Origin: an uncultured Veillonellaceae bacterium
Lineage (GTDB): Bacteria > Bacillota > Negativicutes > JARBTT01
Reading direction: 5' to 3'
Length of the DNA: 64,000 nucleotides
Assembly: GCA_963805085.1 (NCBI GenBank)
Contig: CAWDTA010000002.1
Location: forward strand, 1,344,001-1,408,000
This document shows positions 18,404 to 27,859 of the stretch, one piece after another. The notes beneath the pieces are model-generated. The model saw only the letters and a list, made by a program, of their open reading frames with translations, had not been told where the DNA came from and made no database searches. Position 1 is the first letter of the stretch; each line of letters starts with the position of its first letter. The translations under genes and the position numbers were made by a program.

Positions 18404-19573
18404 ATGAACAATAACAATCTAGGACAAGTTACAATGAAAGAAAAAAATATGGGGGAAGGATTTAAAGTTTGTGTTGCTAATACTTTAGCAGAAAAAAAAG
18501 CAATATATCAATTTCGATATAAAGTTTACGTTGAGGAAATGGCAAAGTATAAACTAATGAATCGTAATAAAGAATTATCAGATGAGATGGATGAATGGGG
18601 GCTATTGATCTATGTCAAAGATGGCGAAGAAGTAGTTGGTACAGCAAGAATGAATATTGGCAAAATGCTAGATTTTCCTGAAGAAATTATTAAAGAGTTA
18701 GCTATGAAGGAATTTCATGAATATTATGTTAGTACAAATAGTGATTATCAAGTGGCTTTGCTTAGTAAATTAATGGTTGCCGTAGAATATAGAAGTTCTT
18801 CGGTTCTTTATTTAATGCTGGTTAAACTTTATGAATTTCATTCTAAAACAGGCGTTCAATTTTCTTTTACAGGATGTAGTTTACATTTATTACGCTTTTA
18901 TGAAAAAATGGGCTTTCATCGCTATAGTAAAAATTTTACTGATTTTGGTTATGGATTATTAAGTCCAGTTGTGGTACTAGTTGATGATGCTAAACATTTT
19001 GCTTCAATACGGTCACCACTTTTTCGTATAGTCAGAAAAAAAGCAACTATAAATTCAAAAGATGTTGAATGGCTTCATGAAAAGTTGACGAAAAAATTAA
19101 ATAATGTGAATAGTCAATTGGTTACGGCAGATGAATTATGGTCAATTTTATGTGAGCGTTTACATGCTTTACCTACGGAAGTCATCGAAATATTGCAGGA
19201 TTTATCGATAGAAGAGGCAAAACTCTTTCTTCATGCCTGCAGTAGTATTGTTCAATGCGCAGCTGGAGAAGCCATTACGGTACAAGGCGATGTCAGTTAT
19301 TCGCATAATATATTACTATCGGGGCGTTTAAAATCGTTAACTTTTATAAATCCAATAAAGGAATATAAGATACCTGGTCAATATTTTGGTGCCAATGGGT
19401 TAACCGAGCATCATAAACATTTAGAAGAGATTGTGACGGCGACGCAATCAGAAATATTGGTGCTAACCGGTTTTACTTTCCCGAATTTTAGTAAAGCTAA
19501 TTTAGACATTGCCCATAAGATAATGAAAAAGATGATCACGATGACAAGAAACCCTGTATTTCATTTAAAATAA
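18404..19573 (+). CDS. GNAT N-acyl-amino-acid-synthase-like (FeeM/LuxI fold) protein with C-terminal cNMP-like domain (acyltransferase A)
   Basis: 'EKKAIYQFRYKVYVEEM...DEMD...VVGTARM...SKLMVAVEYR...LLRFYEKMGF'; C-terminal 'AGEAITVQGD...ILLSGRL...GQYFG'. Confidence 0.78.
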   Translation: MNNNNLGQVTMKEKNMGEGFKVCVANTLAEKKAIYQFRYKVYVEEMAKYKLMNRNKELSDEMDEWGLLIYVKDGEEVVGTARMNIGKMLDFPEEIIKELAMKEFHEYYVSTNSDYQVALLSKLMVAVEYRSSSVLYLMLVKLYEFHSKTGVQFSFTGCSLHLLRFYEKMGFHRYSKNFTDFGYGLLSPVVVLVDDAKHFASIRSPLFRIVRKKATINSKDVEWLHEKLTKKLNNVNSQLVTADELWSILCERLHALPTEVIEILQDLSIEEAKLFLHACSSIVQCAAGEAITVQGDVSYSHNILLSGRLKSLTFINPIKEYKIPGQYFGANGLTEHHKHLEEIVTATQSEILVLTGFTFPNFSKANLDIAHKIMKKMITMTRNPVFHLK

Positions 19574-19585
19574 CGATAACAAATA

Positions 19586-19623
19586 CACCTCCTCCATTAT
19601 CATTTAGATTTTGGAGGAGGTGC
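19586..19623. terminator. Bidirectional terminator between acyltransferase A and kinase B
   Basis: CACCTCCTCCA...TGGAGGAGGTG. Confidence 0.6.
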
Positions 19624-20963
19624 TAACAAATGAAAGCAAATAAAAAAGTAGTTCCTTTGTCACTGGTACTAATTTTAATCGTAGCGTGGTGCCTGTTTGC
19701 TATTTGATAGCAGATAGGAATACCGAGACCCGCCCCCGCTTTTTTTGTAGTAATGAAGGGGGTGCCTAATTTATCTAATACCTCGGGAGCAATTCCAAAG
19801 CCTTGATCATTGATTGACAGGATAACACGATGATCTTCTACGAAGGTTCGAATAGTTATTTTTCCACCCTTTGGCATGGCATCAACACTGTTGCTTATAA
19901 GGTTCAATAGTAGTTGACGTATTTCATTTTCATCTAGCGATAAATCAGGAATGTCTTGGAGATCAAGGATTACCTGTATTTTTAAGGAATTGATATGTTC
20001 ATGGATGAATGGCAGTAAGTCTTGAATCATTGTGTTTAGAGAACAAATTTTTAGATTAGCTACTTTTTGTTTAGATAAAGAAATGTATTTTTGAATGATG
20101 GTATTAACGATGTCGATTTCTTCGATCATTAGTTTGAATTCATCTGTATTAACATTGGCTTTATCTTTTTTTTCGAGAACTTGCAAGTAACCGCGGATTG
20201 TAGTAATCGGGTTTCTAATTTCATGGGCGACGGTAATTGCCATATTTCCAACCATAGTAATTCGATCAGGCAAAAGCTGTTGGTAATAAAAAGCATCGAG
20301 TTCAGTTCCTTTCATTAACTGATACTGCATTTTTTTGCCTAGTAAATCCATTCTGGTTTTCTCAAAATAGACCATTAAAGTACCAATAGCGATAACGAAG
20401 CGTAATATGCCGCCCAGTAAGTAGCACCAAGGAAGAAGATAAATTAATACTTCTGGTATCAAAAATCCAGAGATGTTTAGTAAACTCCACGAGATATAGG
20501 AATAGCCAGTAATAAAGCGTCCAATTCCTTTTAATTTTAAATGGCGAATAAAAAGTAGACCAACCCATATTAAAGCGGAGCAACCAAAAAATAGAGGAAG
20601 TAGTAGTTTATAAACCAAAGATGACAATATAGTGTTTAAAACAACATTTAGGGTAAATGTTGTGATAGCTATGTATAGCCAGCCTTTATTGATAGGTTTG
20701 TTGATAAAGCTATGATTTGCCAACAAAAACGTCAAACTATTCATATAAATAAGTAGTTGATATGTTAACAAGCACCAATTTGATTGTTGCCAATCTAGTA
20801 AATTTGCATCGAAAAACAGATATCGAGAAAGAAGAATGAGCCAACTTAAAGACCATAGCCCCATATACCGTTCACGATATAGTGCAAAAAGATATATATA
20901 GATAATCATCATTGAAATAGTACCGAGTGATGATATAATTATTGATAAAGAAAGATAATCCAT
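19623..20963 (-). CDS. Orphan multi-TM histidine kinase, PAS-less paralog (kinase B)
   Basis: Same N-terminal membrane domain as kinases A and C ('YRERYMGLW'), AHEIRNPIT, GAGLGI. Confidence 0.88.
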   Translation of the reverse strand: MDYLSLSIIISSLGTISMMIIYIYLFALYRERYMGLWSLSWLILLSRYLFFDANLLDWQQSNWCLLTYQLLIYMNSLTFLLANHSFINKPINKGWLYIAITTFTLNVVLNTILSSLVYKLLLPLFFGCSALIWVGLLFIRHLKLKGIGRFITGYSYISWSLLNISGFLIPEVLIYLLPWCYLLGGILRFVIAIGTLMVYFEKTRMDLLGKKMQYQLMKGTELDAFYYQQLLPDRITMVGNMAITVAHEIRNPITTIRGYLQVLEKKDKANVNTDEFKLMIEEIDIVNTIIQKYISLSKQKVANLKICSLNTMIQDLLPFIHEHINSLKIQVILDLQDIPDLSLDENEIRQLLLNLISNSVDAMPKGGKITIRTFVEDHRVILSINDQGFGIAPEVLDKLGTPFITTKKAGAGLGIPICYQIANRHHATIKISTSDKGTTFLFAFIC

Positions 20964-21013
20964 AATTACTCCTAATGAAACTTTATTTTACAATTATTAC
21001 ATATACTGTGGAT

Positions 21014-21040
21014 GTTCTACGGATTTTGTGATTTTCCTTC
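21014..21040 (-). promoter_or_regulatory. sigmaH-like promoter of kinase B
   Basis: Minus strand GAAGGAAAATCACAAAATCCGTAGAAC (AGGA-N17-GAAC). Confidence 0.45.
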
Positions 21041-21203
21041 CCAATTATTGTAATAAATTGATTGATTTAGAAATAATTATGCTAAAATAAATAATAAATT
21101 TAGAATGAAAAATTATTTATGGTGAGGTGGTAGTAATAAAAAGGTGCATTGTATTTTCTGGAATAGTAAGAGAATAAAAATTTGAAAGTTAAAGGGGATT
21201 TTT

Positions 21204-21842
21204 ATGGCTATTCCAGATTTAAAAAAAATATATCCTAGAAGCAATGATGTTGAAACAATTTATTTAAAAAATGTTATTAAGAAGAAAAACATTCAGATAG
21301 GAGATTTTACAATTTATAATGATTTTTGTAATGATCCTAGAGAATTTGAAAAAAATAATGTTTTATATCATTATCCAGTAAATGAGGATAGACTGAGTAT
21401 TGGGAAGTTTTGTTCGATAGCCTGTGGGGCAAAATTTATGATGAATAGTGCTAACCATACGCTGTCTTCACTATCAACTTATACATTTCCGATTTTTGGT
21501 GAAGAATGGGAAGAAACCTTACGACTGAAAGATGCTTGGGATAATAAAGGTGATATTGTAATTGGCAATGATGTTTGGATAGGCTATGAGGCTGTGATTA
21601 TGAGTGGTGTTCATATTGGCGATGGTGCTATCATTGCAACCAGAGCAGTTGTTACCAAGGATGTTCCAGCCTATACAATTGCCGGTGGAATTCCGGCAAA
21701 ACCGATAAAAAAGAGATTTAGTGATGAAATTATTGCAGAGCTGCTTTCTTTGCAGTGGTGGGATTGGTCATATGAAAGAATTCTTGCGAATTTAAAACTG
21801 ATTCAAGCTGGCAATATTGAAGCATTAAAAAATGAAATGTAA
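21204..21842 (+). CDS. CatB/Vat-related hexapeptide-repeat O-acetyltransferase
   Basis: 'LSIGKFCSIACGAKF', 'GDIVIGNDVWIG', 'WWDW'. Confidence 0.9.
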   Translation: MAIPDLKKIYPRSNDVETIYLKNVIKKKNIQIGDFTIYNDFCNDPREFEKNNVLYHYPVNEDRLSIGKFCSIACGAKFMMNSANHTLSSLSTYTFPIFGEEWEETLRLKDAWDNKGDIVIGNDVWIGYEAVIMSGVHIGDGAIIATRAVVTKDVPAYTIAGGIPAKPIKKRFSDEIIAELLSLQWWDWSYERILANLKLIQAGNIEALKNEM

Positions 21843-22015
21843 GTTCTTAAACCTATCAAATGATGTATTAAGCAATGCAAAAAATCCGTTAGAGATATAA
21901 AATCTAACGGATTTTTGCTCGTGTTTTAGTGTGAAACTATTTCTATAGATTGAAAAAACAGACGATAAGCAATTATGCATCGTCTGTTTTTATTGGAATC
22001 GTTTAAAGATTAAAC

Positions 22016-23833
22016 TTAAGCTACCGGTAATTTTCCTGCGTCTTCAGTATTTAATCCTAGTGGTTTTTCAATTTTTAAGAGGTTCAGCCAGCTGCGAGTA
22101 GAATCGCCTAGGATGATACCGACAAGGATGAGTAATAAAATCGTAATGACTCCATTGATATTACCTAATAAGTCACCACGGTTAAAAAATGTTGAAATAC
22201 TGTAGAAACCAGCAGTGAATACGGTTACTGTTAAGAATATCAGCGGAAGAAAAGTGATGAGTCCATAGACTTTTTTCTTTGCCACTTTTAAAATAATCGT
22301 GGTTCCTATAGCAAGGGATGCCACGGCTAAAAGTTGATTTGCGATACCAAACATCGGCCAGATGGAGGCAACATCACCGCTATAGAGTAAGTAACCCCAA
22401 GCAAACGATATCAGCGTACTGGTAAGAAGAATGCCTGGCCACCAATGAATTTGTTTTAATGGCTTGTAAGTGTAGGTGCCTAAAACATCTTGAAGGACAT
22501 AACGACCAACACGGGTAAAGGCATCAATTGTCGTCAAGATAAAGAGCGCCTCAAACATGATCGCAAATTGGTACCAATAATTCATCAAATGTTTCATCTC
22601 ACCGATACTAGAAAAAATATGAGCCATGCCAACAGCTAGAGATACTGCACCACCTGGGCGATGCGCAACGTCAATGCCAACCAATTGTGTGAGTTGGTCT
22701 AGATCGACTGTCTGTAGATTCAAGGTCCTAAAGACTTCGGCAGAGGTATTGATCGCAAAATAATCACCAGGCGCCAATACTGCAGCAGCAATTAAAGCCA
22801 TAACAGATACGATCCCTTCAACAAGCATTCCTCCGTAAGCGATGCCGCGGGCTTGGGTTTCTAGTTCCATCATTTTTGGTGTAGTACCAGAGCTAATGAG
22901 AACGTGTGCGCCAGAGATAGCACCACAAGCAATCGTAATACAGACATAAGGCCATACTGGCCCAGGGATGATTGGCCCGCCACCACTGATAAATTGCGTA
23001 GTGAATGGCAAGGCAATGCTAGGATGAACAATTAAAATACCAAGTGCCAAGGCCCCGATGGTGCCTATCTTCATGTAAGAACTTAAATAGTCACGGGGAG
23101 CTAACAGTAACCAAACCGGTAATACCGCCGCAGCGAATCCGTAGATCGGCAATGCAATTGATAATTGTTGTTTAGTTAGTGTGAACCAACTAGCAAAAGG
23201 AGAATTGGCAACGTAACTGCCGGAAAATACTGCAAATAAAACGAGTAAAAATCCAACGAGGGAGCCAGAAAAAATCGAACCAGGAGAAATTTTAAACATA
23301 TAGATACCGACTACCATGGCAATAGGAATTGTCATAAATAAGGTATAAACACCCCAAGGATTTTGATAGAGCGCATTTACAACGACGATACCAAGTCCAG
23401 CTAGAGCTACTACGACAACAAAGACCACGGCAATCGAGGTAGCTGCACCAGTAATTGGCCCGATTTCTCTTTTGGCAATGACCACGAGAGAATCACCTTT
23501 ATGGCGAATCGATGCAAATAAAATAATCAGATCTTGTACAGCACCAGCAAAGACAGAAGCAAGTAAGATCCAAATAAATGGAGGCCCCCAACCAAATTGT
23601 GCTGCTAGAATAGGACCAACCAATGGGCCAGGCCCCGCAATAGCGGCAAAATGATGACCAAATACAATCCATTTATTTGTTTTTACGTATTCGCGACCAT
23701 CCTCATATTGAACAGCCGGCGTAATGTTCTGATCATTCAATGAAAGCACTTTCGCGCAGATAAAAGCGGAATAATAGCGATAAGCAAGAAGAAAGAAACA
23801 GACGGAAACGATAATTAGCGTAATTGAATTCAT
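22016..23833 (-). CDS. cstA: Second CstA family transporter
   Basis: 'FGHHFAAIAGPGPLVGP', 'PRDYLSSYMKIG'; paralog of 11225-13021. Confidence 0.92.
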   Translation of the reverse strand: MNSITLIIVSVCFFLLAYRYYSAFICAKVLSLNDQNITPAVQYEDGREYVKTNKWIVFGHHFAAIAGPGPLVGPILAAQFGWGPPFIWILLASVFAGAVQDLIILFASIRHKGDSLVVIAKREIGPITGAATSIAVVFVVVVALAGLGIVVVNALYQNPWGVYTLFMTIPIAMVVGIYMFKISPGSIFSGSLVGFLLVLFAVFSGSYVANSPFASWFTLTKQQLSIALPIYGFAAAVLPVWLLLAPRDYLSSYMKIGTIGALALGILIVHPSIALPFTTQFISGGGPIIPGPVWPYVCITIACGAISGAHVLISSGTTPKMMELETQARGIAYGGMLVEGIVSVMALIAAAVLAPGDYFAINTSAEVFRTLNLQTVDLDQLTQLVGIDVAHRPGGAVSLAVGMAHIFSSIGEMKHLMNYWYQFAIMFEALFILTTIDAFTRVGRYVLQDVLGTYTYKPLKQIHWWPGILLTSTLISFAWGYLLYSGDVASIWPMFGIANQLLAVASLAIGTTIILKVAKKKVYGLITFLPLIFLTVTVFTAGFYSISTFFNRGDLLGNINGVITILLLILVGIILGDSTRSWLNLLKIEKPLGLNTEDAGKLPVA

Positions 23834-24218
23834 AGAAAAGCTCCTTTATATAATAAATAAAAAATACATGATTTCTATAATAAATCAATTTACGCAATAT
23901 AACAAATAATAAGTACTATAGTATTTTGGAGAAAAACAAAGAAAAGTAGACTAAATGTAAACTTTACACTTTAATTTTGTATACACATATTTTTTTTGCT
24001 GTAAAAATACAGAGTTTAAAGCTAAAGGTTTTTATAAAGTATTGAAAAGCAAGTGTAGAAGCCCTGAAAACAGGTGGATTTTTTGTAGGTTATAATAAAT
24101 ATGCTGATTTTTGTTCTAATATCGTAAGTATGGTATATTAAAATTTGATATAATAGTGTTGAGTGAAACGCTAATTTAACTATCTAATTTTTATAAAATA
24201 GTCTAGTGAGGTTTACTT

Positions 24219-24818
24219 ATGCTGACTTATAATAACAACGCAGATACAATGATTATTGTTCTTCATGAAATTTATGGTGTGAATAAACATATCATCAATG
24301 TGTGCGAAACATTGTCAAAATATCAATATGATAGTATTGCCCCCAATTTATTGAAAGAAAATGTTGTATTTGACTATGATCAAGCAGATCTTGCCTATCA
24401 TAATTTTATGGACAATGTCGGTTTTGAAAATGCCATGAAGCAGATAACGCAAATTCTTTGTAATGTAAGACCACATTATAAAAGAATTTATGTATGGGGG
24501 TATAGTATCGGGGCCACTCTTGCTTGGTTGTGTAGTCAAACAAATTTATGTGATTTCGTTGTTGGTTTTTATGGCTCAAGAATCAGAGATAATCTTGCGG
24601 TAATACCAAACTGCCCAACGCTATTGTTTTTTCCAACAGATGAAGAATCTTTCAATGTAGATGAATTGATTGTGAAGTTAAGTTGTTTAGATAATGTTAA
24701 GGTTGAAAAAATGCATGGCAGGCATGGCTTCGCTGATAAGTTTTCGAAAAATTATAATAGAGAGTCAGCTCTTAGAACAATTAGAGAGGTTTCACTATTC
24801 GCTAAAGCAGCATTTTAA
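24219..24818 (+). CDS. Dienelactone hydrolase family protein
   Basis: 'LHEIYGVN', 'GYSIGAT', 'FYGSRIR', 'HGF'. Confidence 0.85.
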   Translation: MLTYNNNADTMIIVLHEIYGVNKHIINVCETLSKYQYDSIAPNLLKENVVFDYDQADLAYHNFMDNVGFENAMKQITQILCNVRPHYKRIYVWGYSIGATLAWLCSQTNLCDFVVGFYGSRIRDNLAVIPNCPTLLFFPTDEESFNVDELIVKLSCLDNVKVEKMHGRHGFADKFSKNYNRESALRTIREVSLFAKAAF

Positions 24819-24931
24819 AAAAATCTATACAGTGAATAAAATTCAATCCTAAATTTTCCACTTATAAAACAGGATAAATTGCCAATAATAATTACTGCGT
24901 TTCAAGTACAGTAATTAAGGGAGGTTACTAT

Positions 24932-25141
24932 ATGACTGTTAAAAAAGATTTGGAAGAAGCTGTTGCTGCTGCGCAATCCGCCCAAGGTACGTATGCGACA
25001 TTTGCGACAGCAACCGATGATCCAAGTGCACAAACCATGTTTGAGCAAATGGCCAACGATATGGATCGTCACATTTCTCAAATTAAATTTCGCTTAAATA
25101 ATACAGCAGAAAATAAGATGAATAATCAATCAAATAAGTAG
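24932..25141 (+). CDS. DUF1657 small sporulation protein
   Basis: 'MTV...A..AQ....FA..T.D..A..MF' pattern; GGAGG SD. Confidence 0.7.
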   Translation: MTVKKDLEEAVAAAQSAQGTYATFATATDDPSAQTMFEQMANDMDRHISQIKFRLNNTAENKMNNQSNK

Positions 25142-25211
25142 TGGCGATAGTGGAATATTACATGTTTATTTGTTAGGCAGTTTTTACTAGCAGAAAATGA
25201 ACTAGAAACAA

Positions 25212-25256
25212 AAAGAAACGCCTGTTGCAATCCGATATAGATTGTAACAGGCGTTT
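25212..25256. repeat. 45-bp direct repeat, left copy (terminator-like hairpin) bounding the islet
   Basis: AAAGAAACGCCTGTTGCAATCCGATATAGATTGTAACAGGCGTTT, identical at 27807-27851. Confidence 0.9.
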
Positions 25257-25307
25257 TGTAATTATTGCTGTAAAAATGCAGACTTTCTATGTCAACGATG
25301 CAAAAAA

Positions 25308-25601
25308 CTACCTTCGGACAGAATCCCAAGTTAACGATTGTATGATCAATTTTATACCATCAGAAAATCCTTGGTTGTAAAAGATTTCGCCAGTGATTGC
25401 TTTTTGCGCTGAAAAGCAGTCGTATAATTTATTTAAATCTTTTACGTTCTCTTTCGGCAAAGCTTGGGAAAGTTCTTTTTCCAATTTATTAATTTGTTGA
25501 TCGGCACAATAGTAATCATTGGATAGTTTTTCTAAATGCATCAGATCGCTTTCATCATGCATAAACCGTAATTCTTTGGTTGTAGTTTCAAAAATGTTCA
25601 T
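25308..25601 (-). CDS. Hypothetical protein (97 aa) divergent from the XRE gene
   Basis: AGGAG SD; C-terminal 'FYNQGFSDGIKL' resembles small proteins of Firmicute mobile elements. Confidence 0.7.
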   Translation of the reverse strand: MNIFETTTKELRFMHDESDLMHLEKLSNDYYCADQQINKLEKELSQALPKENVKDLNKLYDCFSAQKAITGEIFYNQGFSDGIKLIIQSLTWDSVRR

Positions 25602-25768
25602 CGTGTCAACTCCTTAAAAAAATATTAAATATGCGTTCGAAAATATTATTTTGCTATTACAAATATAATACTACGATTGTAAATAAAATTCAATAGTATA
25701 AGCAAAAAGAATTTTGTTTTTGCAAATATTATTATGCTATAATAAATTATTCGAGGAGGATTGATCGT

Positions 25769-26002
25769 ATGGAAGAGATGAAATATGGGATACGTCATTA
25801 TAAATTATTTGATTTGTTAAATAGAAAAGGTATAAGCAAAGGTCAATTTGCAGAGATGGTAGGCTTATCATCTGCTACTACAGCAAAACTTTCTAGTGGA
25901 AAACCCATAAATACAACAATAATTAATAAAATTTGTGCGGCTCTCGATTGTCAGCCTGGAGATATTATGGAGTATGTATCTGAACGGAAAGAAAAAATTT
26001 AA
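25769..26002 (+). CDS. XRE/Cro-C1 HTH regulator (YozG-like)
   Basis: 'YKLFDLL...ISK...GLSSATTAKL...KICAALDCQPGDIMEY'. Confidence 0.9.
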   Translation: MEEMKYGIRHYKLFDLLNRKGISKGQFAEMVGLSSATTAKLSSGKPINTTIINKICAALDCQPGDIMEYVSERKEKI

Positions 26003-26035
26003 ACATAAAGAAAATGTTTGAAGGATGGCGATGAA

Positions 26036-27139
26036 ATGGAAGGTTTGGATAGGAATCAACTTAGTGCAATACGACTAAGAGGATACAAATCTATTAAAGC
26101 TTGCAATTTAGAGTTGAAAAAAATCAATGTGCTTATTGGCAGTAATGGAGCTGGTAAATCAAATTTTATTTCTGCTTTTGCATTATTACAAAATATATTG
26201 GCAAAAAATTTACAAGTAGCGGTTGCTCAAAGTGGAATAAATTCATTATTTTTTAATGGAAAAAAAGTTACCGAAGAAATTGAGTTTGAAGTTTTTTTCG
26301 GTAAGAATTCTTATGGTTTTAATTTAATACCAACAGATGATAATAGACTGATTTTCAGCAAAGAATATTTTGGCTATTATGGAGATTATCAAAACGAAAG
26401 TAATGTAAATCGTGGGCATAGTGAGTCAATGTGGCAAACTGGAACAGGTAACAGGATTGGTGATTATGTGAAACCTATTCTTGAAAAACAAAATTGGCGT
26501 GTGTATCATTTTCATGATACAGGTAGAAATGCAAAGGTGAAAACAGAACATAATATATCAAATAATAAAGCTTTACAATATGATGCAGCCAATTTAGTAG
26601 CATTTTTATTTAGATTAAAAAATAAATTCTCAGATAGCTATCATGAAATTGTGCAGACGATTCGCTTGATTGCTCCATATTTTGATGATTTTGACTTAGA
26701 ACCATTAGAAAATAATCAAGAACAAATAATTTTAAGATGGAAACAAAAAGGTTGTGAAGATATTTTTAATGTTTCGCAATTATCCGATGGTACGCTTAGA
26801 TTTATTTGTCTTGCAACCTTGCTTTTACAACCGCATGAACTCCAACCAGCAACTATTATTGTCGATGAACCGGAATTAGGTTTGCACCCGTATGCGATAA
26901 CAATATTTGCTGAAATGGTAAAGCAGCTTTCTGATGAAAAGCAAATTATTATTTCTACCCAATCGGTAGAACTTCTTAATGAATTTGATGTAGATGATGT
27001 GGTGGTAGTGGATAGGGATACAGATGGCTCGGTATTTAAGAGATTAGAAGAGGAAGAATTAAAAGACTGGATAGAAAACGATTATGCACTTGGTGAGCTA
27101 TGGATTAAAAATGTTTTGGGGGGCAGGCTCTCAAAATGA
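26036..27139 (+). CDS. AAA_21/ABC-type ATPase (defence/TA-associated)
   Basis: 'GYKSI', Walker A GSNGAGKSN, signature LSDGT, Walker B VDEPELGLHP, 'ISTQS'. Confidence 0.88.
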   Translation: MEGLDRNQLSAIRLRGYKSIKACNLELKKINVLIGSNGAGKSNFISAFALLQNILAKNLQVAVAQSGINSLFFNGKKVTEEIEFEVFFGKNSYGFNLIPTDDNRLIFSKEYFGYYGDYQNESNVNRGHSESMWQTGTGNRIGDYVKPILEKQNWRVYHFHDTGRNAKVKTEHNISNNKALQYDAANLVAFLFRLKNKFSDSYHEIVQTIRLIAPYFDDFDLEPLENNQEQIILRWKQKGCEDIFNVSQLSDGTLRFICLATLLLQPHELQPATIIVDEPELGLHPYAITIFAEMVKQLSDEKQIIISTQSVELLNEFDVDDVVVVDRDTDGSVFKRLEEEELKDWIENDYALGELWIKNVLGGRLSK

Positions 27140-27783
27140 AAAATGTATATATTTATTGTGAAGGACAAACTGAAGAATCCTTTATCAATGGAGTGTTATA
27201 TCCATACTTTATGAATATGGACATTTATGTGCGACCAATCATTTGTACTACCAAGAAGACAAAAAAACAAACCTTTAAAGGTGGCGCTAGTACTTATAAT
27301 AAAATAAAAAAAGAGTTAGCCATAATTTGTAATAAACATAAAAACGAAGTCGTTACAACAATGTTTGATTATTATGCAATGCCTGATGACACGCCTAATA
27401 TCAATAATAACGAAGTGGACATTTATAAACGAATTGAGCAAATTGAAGATTCTATTAACGCTGATATTGACATGGGTAATTTATTTTTCGGATTTTCTTT
27501 ACATGAGTTTGAAGCGTTGTTGTTTTCGGAGCCTCATGCATTCAAAGCAATTACAACTGATGACATTATAATTGAGATACAAGCGATGAGAGATGAAGCT
27601 TCAACTCCAGAGCATATTAATAATTCTCCAGAAACAGCACCGTCCAAGCGATTGAAGAAACTTATCAATAATTATTCGAAAATAAGATATGGAACAATTG
27701 TTGCAAAAGAAATCGGAATTGATAAAATCATGAGAGAATGTAAACATTTTGCAAAATGGATAGAAAAAATTAAAGCTTGCTAA
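27136..27783 (+). CDS. DUF4276 (TOPRIM-like) protein coupled to the ATPase
   Basis: 'IYCEGQTEE', 'TTMFDYY', 'HEFEALLFS', 'PEHINNSPETAPSKRL', 'C.HF..W'; ATGA overlap with the ATPase stop. Confidence 0.82.
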   Translation: MKNVYIYCEGQTEESFINGVLYPYFMNMDIYVRPIICTTKKTKKQTFKGGASTYNKIKKELAIICNKHKNEVVTTMFDYYAMPDDTPNINNNEVDIYKRIEQIEDSINADIDMGNLFFGFSLHEFEALLFSEPHAFKAITTDDIIIEIQAMRDEASTPEHINNSPETAPSKRLKKLINNYSKIRYGTIVAKEIGIDKIMRECKHFAKWIEKIKAC

Positions 27784-27806
27784 GAAATTGTAAATTTATA
27801 ATAAGC

Positions 27807-27851
27807 AAAGAAACGCCTGTTGCAATCCGATATAGATTGTAACAGGCGTTT
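27807..27851. repeat. 45-bp direct repeat, right copy; also terminator for kimA
   Basis: Identical to 25212-25256. Confidence 0.9.
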
Positions 27852-27859
27852 CGCATATT

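Noticed and set aside
21204-21842. Acquired vat/catB antibiotic-resistance gene
   Set aside because: The family assignment is clear, but there is no mobile context and the substrate cannot be inferred; chromosomal homologs are common in Firmicutes.
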